Shown here piece after piece: positions 57,793 through 64,000 of a DNA stretch of 64,000 bases. The translations under genes and the position numbers were made by a program. Origin of the DNA: Syntrophorhabdaceae bacterium (lineage in GTDB: Bacteria > Desulfobacterota > Syntrophorhabdia > Syntrophorhabdales > Syntrophorhabdaceae). The stretch lies in the NCBI GenBank assembly GCA_963665295.1, contig OY762209.1:2272001-2336000 (forward strand), in the 5' to 3' direction. Position 1 is the first letter of the stretch. Each line of letters starts with the position of its first letter. Under the pieces are notes generated by a model that saw nothing but the letters and a program-made list of their open reading frames with translations, was not told where the DNA came from and did no database searches.

Positions 57793-58722
57793 TTACCTCC
57801 CAAGTCGTCTGTTTTTTAATTTATAGAGAGCAGCAAAGGCTTCGCCGCTTGTTTCCTCTTCGCCTTCGCGTTGCACCGTCACCAGTCGCAACGCGCCGCC
57901 GCCCGCGTTCACGAGAAAAGGTTTTTCCGAAAGGACCGCACCTTCTTCCGCATCGGGGGCGACCTCTACCGAAGGCTCGGTTTCGGTCCACCAGACGTAG
58001 AGCTTCGCGCCGTCGAGATAGGTAAAGGCCCCCGGATAAGGATGGGTGACTGCCCTTACGAGGTTGTAAACAGCGCGGGCATCCCTATCCCAGAAGATGC
58101 GCCCGTCTTCGGGCTTTCTCCCTCCGAAATACGAGGAAGGGCCGAGGTCCGATTGGCGTATGGGGGTAAAAGTCCCGTCTCCCAGGGCAGGGAGTATATC
58201 CCTCATGAGGGGCCGCGCCTCTTTTATCATCTTCAAAAACAGGGTGTGGGCCGTGTCCCGGGGGGAAATATCTATAGCCCGCCTGGCGATGATGTCACCC
58301 GTGTCGGGCTTTTCCTCCATGACATGGAGGGTGAGGCCGGTTTCCGTCTCCCCTGCGATGAGCACCCAGTTTACCGGGCATCTCCCCCTGTATCGGGGCA
58401 AAAGCGACCCGTGAAGGTTGAACGCGCCCGTCCGGGGAATATCCAGTATTGCTTTGGGTATAAGGTTCCGGTAGTAGAAAGAAAAAATCACATCCGGTGA
58501 GAGGTCCTTTATAAGCTGCGTCCAATGGGGGTCCTTGAGGGACTCGGGCGTGTAGACAGGGATGCCGCGCTCTTTTGCCAGAGCCGCAGGGGTCTTGAAC
58601 CATACCTCTTCGCCGGGGTCGTCTTCGTGAGTGAAGAGGCAGGACACCTCCGCCCCGAAAGCGAGAAGCTCCGCGAGACATTCATAGCCGATCTCGTGAT
58701 AGGCAAAGACTACTGTCCTCAC
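57793..58722 (-). CDS. UDP-L-Ara4N formyltransferase (stand-alone ArnA N-terminal domain)
   Basis: VVFAYHEIG, FSFYYR, NLHGSLLPRYRGRCPVNW, PYPGAF. GTG start at 58722 overlaps the arnC stop; the longer ORF-track start is spurious. Confidence 0.9.
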   Translation of the reverse strand: MRTVVFAYHEIGYECLAELLAFGAEVSCLFTHEDDPGEEVWFKTPAALAKERGIPVYTPESLKDPHWTQLIKDLSPDVIFSFYYRNLIPKAILDIPRTGAFNLHGSLLPRYRGRCPVNWVLIAGETETGLTLHVMEEKPDTGDIIARRAIDISPRDTAHTLFLKMIKEARPLMRDILPALGDGTFTPIRQSDLGPSSYFGGRKPEDGRIFWDRDARAVYNLVRAVTHPYPGAFTYLDGAKLYVWWTETEPSVEVAPDAEEGAVLSEKPFLVNAGGGALRLVTVQREGEEETSGEAFAALYKLKNRRLGR

Positions 58723-59648
58723 GACAATTCCTTCTTCACGATAAATCTGGGACGCCGCCTCACTTCCTGATAAATCCTTCCCACATATTCCCCGATAATG
58801 CCGAGGGCGAATATCTGAACGCCCATGAAGAAGAATACGATGGCAAAGAGGGTAAATGCGCCCTGGACTTCGGGGCCTACAATGAGCCTTCTCACGCCGA
58901 GGAAGAAAGCGAAGGCGAGACCGAGAAAGGCGATGATGATCCCCAGGATGCCTATGAACTGGATAGGCAGGAGGGAGAAATTTGTCATAAGGTCGAAGTT
59001 GAGTCGCAGGAGCTTGAAGGGGCTGTATTTTGAAGTCCCCCGTTTTCTCTCCTCGTGACCCACGGGGATCTCGATAATCCGTTTTGCGAAGGTGTTGGCC
59101 AGGGCAGGGATGAAACTGGACGATTCGGGGCACATGTTGATGTAGTCTATGATGTTTCTCCGATATGCCCTGAGCATGCAGCCGTAGTCTCTCAGTTTCA
59201 CGCCCACGAGCCGGGAAGTGATCTTGTTCACCACGAAAGAGGGGAGCGTGCGGAGGAACGAGTCCTTGCGGTCTTTCCGGTACGAGCCCACTACCTCGTA
59301 CCCTTCCTCCATGGTGGCCACGAGTCTCGGTATTTCTTCGGGAGGGTTCTGGAGGTCCGCGTCTATGGTGACGATAATCTCGCCCTTGCACGCCTCAAAG
59401 CCTGCAAAGAGGGCCATGTGCTGGCCGTAGTTACGGTTGAACTCAATTATCCTTACCGTAGCGTGACGTTTATGGAAGTCTTCTAGCATGACCTCCGTAT
59501 TGTCCGTGCTGCCATCGTTTATGTAGATAATTTCATAGGATTTTCCGAGGCTTTCAAGGGTCTTGTGAATCCTTGTGTGCAATTCCTCGAGGGATTCCTG
59601 TTCATTCAGGACGGGTATCAACACGGAAATATAGGGCCTATCTTCCAT
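58719..59648 (-). CDS. arnC: GT2 undecaprenyl-phosphate Ara4FN transferase ArnC
   Basis: INDGSTD, RNYGQH, DADLQNPP, DYGCMLRAY, two C-terminal TM helices. Confidence 0.88.
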   Translation of the reverse strand: MEDRPYISVLIPVLNEQESLEELHTRIHKTLESLGKSYEIIYINDGSTDNTEVMLEDFHKRHATVRIIEFNRNYGQHMALFAGFEACKGEIIVTIDADLQNPPEEIPRLVATMEEGYEVVGSYRKDRKDSFLRTLPSFVVNKITSRLVGVKLRDYGCMLRAYRRNIIDYINMCPESSSFIPALANTFAKRIIEIPVGHEERKRGTSKYSPFKLLRLNFDLMTNFSLLPIQFIGILGIIIAFLGLAFAFFLGVRRLIVGPEVQGAFTLFAIVFFFMGVQIFALGIIGEYVGRIYQEVRRRPRFIVKKELS

Positions 59649-61194
59649 TTTTCCTCACATAGAAGGTGTAGTATTCTTTTTCGTAACGCGCCTTGCCCAC
59701 AGGAGTGAACCGGGCGTCCAGATCTTTTTGAAGATGTCGGGACGGACCATCTTCAATGATGAGTAGTATATCACTTTTGTCGTCTTTTATCTTCTTTATG
59801 TCCATAAACGTCTGTATCGGTTTGCCTGCGTAATAGATGATGCCTGCCGAACTGAACCCGTAGGTGTATACGTCAGCCGTTGCCAGCCGGCCTTTCAGGG
59901 GGTCCGTGAGCAGGCGGGGCGATTTGAAGGTCCGGTCCATGAGGGGCATATAGTAGGCGCCGTAAAAGACCCCTGCCGTCGTAAGATAGACAATGAGGGA
60001 TATGAGGGCGTTCCTTTCCGATTTCCTGAAGAGCATGAAAAAGAAGGAGCCTCCTGCCATGACCATGATTGCCACATACACGTAGAGGGCCCGTGGGCCG
60101 TCCCTGAAAGCAGCCACAGTCTGGTTGGAAACCGTAAAGAGGGCGACCACCGCGGCTATGGGAAGCAGGGTGAGGATCAGGGCGAATATCCTGAGCAGGG
60201 ACCCTGTCACGGCCCGGTCCGCAAGGCTCGACCACTTGTCCCTGATATAGAACCCGGTGAGCAGGGCGCACGCGGGGTAACACGAGAGCAGGTAGATGGC
60301 GCGCTTGCTCGTGGAGAACTCGAAGAACAAGAAGATAAAGGCGAACCATATGAAGGGCAGCCAATATTTCCGTTTTGCCGCGTGGTACGTTGCGAAGGGC
60401 AGGAAGATGCTCCAGGGCAGGAAATTGAGAAAAAGTTTATGAAAATAATAGGTGAAAGATTCGAGGTGGTCGAAGGCGTTGGTATAGCGGGTCACGTTCT
60501 GCCTTAAGATGAATTCCTTTATATAGGCGTCGCCCGCGAGAAGAAACCATATGGAAGCTATCGCGCCGGAGAGAAGGCATCCGAGGACGAGGGGCAGAAA
60601 ATACCTTTTGGTCTGCTTGTTCACCATCATGTAGATGAATATGATGCCCGCAGGGAGCACGAGACCTGCCGGGCCTTTTGTCAGGATCGCGAGGGCGGAG
60701 GGAAAAAAGGCAAGGACGAAGTACCACCTTTTGTCTCTCCTTAGCGCCAGGTACGCGAAGACGATGGTGAGTCCCATGAAGGAGGCGAAGGTCATGTCCA
60801 TTACGGACTCCCGCGCATTGGAGAGGAACTGGTAATTGGTGGCGAGGATCACGGCCGCGAGAAACCCCGCCCAGGAGTCGAGGAGTACGGTCCCCACAAG
60901 GAAGGTGGCAAATACGAGGGCTGTTGCGGCGAGTGCCGACGGGACCCTTGAGGCAAACTCGTTGAGGGAGCCCGTCACTTTCGACGCAACAATGATCATC
61001 CATGAATAGAAAGGCGGTTTTTCGAGGTAAGGTTTTCCGTTCAAATAGGGGTGGATATAATCGTGGCGGTCCGCCATCTCCCGCGCCATGACTGCCTGCC
61101 TCGGCTCATCAGGGTCCCAGAGCGCAATGCTCCCCAGGCTTTGAAAAAATAACAGACCGGACAGAATTATGAGCATCAATACTTTTGTTTTCAT
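59638..61194 (-). CDS. arnT: ArnT-family (GT83/PMT) glycosyltransferase
   Basis: DPDEPR..AREM, YLEKPP, LTKGP, multiple TM helices. Confidence 0.85.
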   Translation of the reverse strand: MKTKVLMLIILSGLLFFQSLGSIALWDPDEPRQAVMAREMADRHDYIHPYLNGKPYLEKPPFYSWMIIVASKVTGSLNEFASRVPSALAATALVFATFLVGTVLLDSWAGFLAAVILATNYQFLSNARESVMDMTFASFMGLTIVFAYLALRRDKRWYFVLAFFPSALAILTKGPAGLVLPAGIIFIYMMVNKQTKRYFLPLVLGCLLSGAIASIWFLLAGDAYIKEFILRQNVTRYTNAFDHLESFTYYFHKLFLNFLPWSIFLPFATYHAAKRKYWLPFIWFAFIFLFFEFSTSKRAIYLLSCYPACALLTGFYIRDKWSSLADRAVTGSLLRIFALILTLLPIAAVVALFTVSNQTVAAFRDGPRALYVYVAIMVMAGGSFFFMLFRKSERNALISLIVYLTTAGVFYGAYYMPLMDRTFKSPRLLTDPLKGRLATADVYTYGFSSAGIIYYAGKPIQTFMDIKKIKDDKSDILLIIEDGPSRHLQKDLDARFTPVGKARYEKEYYTFYVRKNGR

Positions 61195-61561
61195 AGTCAA
61201 AAGATGTCACCGACCGACGAGGGAATGCCATTCGGTTCACGCAAGCGGCCACTACCTCAAACAAGTTTTATATTCCAATATTCCCCTTTTTTCAATAGAC
61301 TTTTCGGCAGTCGAATAGTCGTTGTCAAAGTCGTCAAGTATATCAACCATTTGCGTCGTTTTCAACAACATTGTGTTAGTTCTCCCGCATGGTATTCCGA
61401 CCTCTTTCTTCAAGAATCTTCTGCGGTCGTAACGCATTTCCCGCGGTTTTGCCCGCCACGCACCCCTTTGTCGCGGGCATATTGAGAGCACTGCCCGAAC
61501 CTTGCCTGCCGCAGAATATTTCCGGATAATTCCGGAAAGACCTTGAAAGGAAACCGGTCAC

Positions 61562-61620
61562 TATACCGCGGCATCCATCAGGGCCTTGACGGCGTGACCC
61601 CGGATGAGGTTTACTGGAGA
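61562..61620 (+). pseudogene. Tiny possible IS3-type transposase 3' remnant
   Basis: One frame reads RGIHQGLDGVTPDEVYW, like the RPH..L...TP.EVY tail of IS3 integrases. Confidence 0.35.
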
Positions 61621-61669
61621 ACCCGTTTACCCATAATCATTTGTTCGTAACAGAGGACAGCGACCGGAT

Positions 61670-62848
61670 ATGGAACCGTTAAACAAAAGGCAAATAGTCT
61701 TTCGAGTGACTGTCCCCATATTCTCTGTCGTTATTCTCCTGATAGCGTTGGAAATTTTCGCGAGACTCTATCTCGCGGTTTTTTCGTTGCCCCGGACACA
61801 CTACGACTTCCGGAAAGGGCGGCCGGCGCCATACTCTGATGCCGCCTATTTCTCCAAGGAATTCATATCCGAGTCATTTCGTCAGCCTGGAGGATGGCAG
61901 TACCCGAAAGGCACAGGGCTTATCATACCAAACGAATATAAGGGAACATACTTCAATGTCGTCAACGGCAGGAGATATACGGCATTTCAGCCCGAAACCC
62001 ACAGGAACACCGTGTACCTGTTCGGTGGTTCCTCAATCTATAACGCGGAGGTGCCCGACGATCTTACGGTGGCCAGTCAGTTGCAGCTATTGCTTAACAC
62101 GCATTACGGAGACAGGTATGTAGTTCAGAACTACGGCACCCACACGGTTACGGTTGTTCAGCAACTTGAACGCCTCAAGACATGTTCACCCCAACCGGGT
62201 GATGTTGTGATATTTTATGACGGTGTCAATGACATATCCATGGGACTATTCTACGCGAATTCCGAAAGGACCATGCTTCAGAGAAACAGGCGGACCATTG
62301 AAGGCATGTCGCTTTTTCGCAGATTTATGTTCGCCTTATCCCGCAGGTCAAAATTTGCCGAGGTATTTTTCGATCCGGTGGATCGTTCCATCCCTCCTCA
62401 TTTTTCGGACGATGCCCTCATGAAGGAACTCCGCGCTTCGATGAAATTTCGATTCAGGAAGGCCATAGAAGAGGCCGACGACTATTCGGGCAAAAGGAAA
62501 GCCGTATTTATCCATTTTCTACAACCCCATCTGTTTGCCCATGAAAGGATGTCGGAATACGAGACGCAATTGTCCGGGAACTTTTTCATCGTTCCCAGGG
62601 GCATAAGAGAATCATTGCTTATGGGATATCCGGAACTGAAGGCGGCGACAAGGGAGCTTTCCCCTTCCATCCCCTGCTACGACCTGTCAGGCGTTCTGAA
62701 TGAGCGACCGGATAAGGAAGAGTATTTTCTTGACAGTTGTCATGTTACGCATAAGGCGAACCGGATAATAGCGGGAAAGATATTCGATTCATTACACGAT
62801 GTCGTTTCCCGGGATACACGCAAGAAGCAAAGAGGTATTTCGGGATAA
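61670..62848 (+). CDS. Membrane-anchored SGNH/GDSL hydrolase-like protein
   Basis: N-terminal TM with LE...R, FGGSS, YDGVND, LQP, DSCH. Confidence 0.8.
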   Translation: MEPLNKRQIVFRVTVPIFSVVILLIALEIFARLYLAVFSLPRTHYDFRKGRPAPYSDAAYFSKEFISESFRQPGGWQYPKGTGLIIPNEYKGTYFNVVNGRRYTAFQPETHRNTVYLFGGSSIYNAEVPDDLTVASQLQLLLNTHYGDRYVVQNYGTHTVTVVQQLERLKTCSPQPGDVVIFYDGVNDISMGLFYANSERTMLQRNRRTIEGMSLFRRFMFALSRRSKFAEVFFDPVDRSIPPHFSDDALMKELRASMKFRFRKAIEEADDYSGKRKAVFIHFLQPHLFAHERMSEYETQLSGNFFIVPRGIRESLLMGYPELKAATRELSPSIPCYDLSGVLNERPDKEEYFLDSCHVTHKANRIIAGKIFDSLHDVVSRDTRKKQRGISG

Positions 62849-63239
62849 GGGAGGGCCGGTTCCACTTCCGGTCCCATGAGCGTCTCCCCCGTTCTTTCCA
62901 TGTTTTCCGGTGGAGCATCTTAAAGAGCACGGGAAAGGGAACTGCATGAGCGCCCGCGCAATGCTTGCCGATCTTACGAAAATGATTGGTGATGCGTCAA
63001 ATGCGCACTTGCCGGCTACGGCATACGAAGTTATTTGACTTTTTTTAATATTTTTTATACCATACTGTCAGTTAACCTGAATGAAAAAGGCGTTTTGTGC
63101 CCTATAAATCCTGGACAATATGGACGGCTTCCTTATGGCAATCAGCCGCACAGCGTCATACACACGAGGGCGACGCATCCCTGTGCTTTTTAATAGAGGG
63201 GCATGAAACTGCTAATCCGGTTTTCAAGGGGAGAAGAGA

Positions 63240-63434
63240 ATGACCGATCAGGGAGAGAAGAGCAAAGAGGATATTTTTACCAATGCAAAGGAGCAACATG
63301 CGGCTCTTGACAGCCGTCTGCAGATGTTGCTCAAGAAACCTTATCTTTCAGTGGATGAAGAGATGGAGGTAAAGGTCCTGAAGAAGAAAAAGCTTTATTT
63401 CAAGGACCTTATGGAAAAAGCGAGTAAAGATTAG
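63240..63434 (+). CDS. DUF465/YdcH-family small protein
   Basis: H..LD...LKKKKL.FKD motif. Confidence 0.8.
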   Translation: MTDQGEKSKEDIFTNAKEQHAALDSRLQMLLKKPYLSVDEEMEVKVLKKKKLYFKDLMEKASKD

Positions 63435-63450
63435 AAGAGGTGAAAGTTAA

Positions 63451-64000
63451 TTGAAGAAGAGCGGCTCACAGATCTTTGTGGAAGCACTGAAGGCAGAGGG
63501 CATCGACACCCTGTTTTGCTACCCCGGCGGCGCCACTCTCAATATAACCGACGCCCTCAGCAGTTCCGATATAAGACAGATCGTGGTAAGACACGAGCAG
63601 GCGGCGGTTCACGCGGCGGACGGATATGCGCGGGCGTCCGGCAGGGTGGGAGTTTCTCTGGTGACATCCGGTCCGGGGGCGACGAACACGGTAACGGGCA
63701 TCGCCACGGCCTACATGGATTCCATTCCCCTCGTCATCTTCTCGTGTCAGGTGCCTACCATGCTTATAGGGAACGACGCGTTCCAGGAAGCGGACATCGT
63801 GGGAATTACGAGGCCGTGCACCAAGCACAGTTACCTTGTGAAGGACGTGAAGGACCTGACCAGGATCATGAAGGAGGCCTTTTATATCGCGGAATCAGGA
63901 AGGCCGGGTCCGGTTCTCGTGGATATACCGAAGGACGTATCGGCGGCCCTCGGGGAATTCAAATACCCCGATAAAGTGAATATCCGGAGCTACCAGCCGA
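63451..64000 (+). CDS. ilvB: Acetolactate synthase large subunit (partial, runs off window)
   Basis: Read directly from DNA because it is missing from the ORF track: TTG start, [61 protein letters not shown]. Confidence 0.95.
   Translation, partial: MKKSGSQIFVEALKAEGIDTLFCYPGGATLNITDALSSSDIRQIVVRHEQAAVHAADGYARASGRVGVSLVTSGPGATNTVTGIATAYMDSIPLVIFSCQVPTMLIGNDAFQEADIVGITRPCTKHSYLVKDVKDLTRIMKEAFYIAESGRPGPVLVDIPKDVSAALGEFKYPDKVNIRSYQP

Noticed and set aside
58723..59391. N-terminal extension of the formyltransferase in the 532-aa ORF
   Set aside because: It overlaps arnC in another frame. The real start is GTG 58722.
63148..63191. Stem-loop plus T run upstream of the DUF465 gene and ilvB as an attenuator
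   Set aside because: The stem is imperfect, and no Ile/Leu/Val-rich leader peptide or T-box motif was found.

Overview
This window looks like an anaerobic deltaproteobacterial (Desulfobacterota-like) chromosome; that placement is inferred from gene content only. It has two halves. Positions 1-~25.8 kb are an accessory island, visibly more AT-rich outside the IS elements. It carries IS630, IS3, IS1634, IS21, two tandem IS66 copies and a probable IS91-like remnant. Its cargo is: (i) a five-gene, translationally coupled operon of DNA adenine MTase, Cof-type HAD phosphatase, GGDEF::thymidylate-synthase-like fusion, SAM methyltransferase and a second DNA adenine MTase, with no recognisable nuclease; (ii) a broken paeninodin-type lasso peptide cluster (precursor, HPr-like kinase, truncated sulfotransferase); (iii) an OLD-family nuclease and a REase-STAND NTPase. 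Positions ~26-64 kb are mostly core genes: recD2, rel, rpmB, plsY, three secreted repeat proteins, ade, an ADP-forming acyl-CoA ligase, a double-cubane reductase/activator pair, a degenerate PAS kinase, priA, murI, trpS, a GntR regulator, an arn-like operon with split ArnA, and the start of ilvB. The best candidate for an undescribed system is the MTase-HAD-GGDEF::TS-MTase-MTase operon at 2833-9895. No rRNA, tRNA or CRISPR array was seen. All assignments come from reading motifs by eye; no searches were run.
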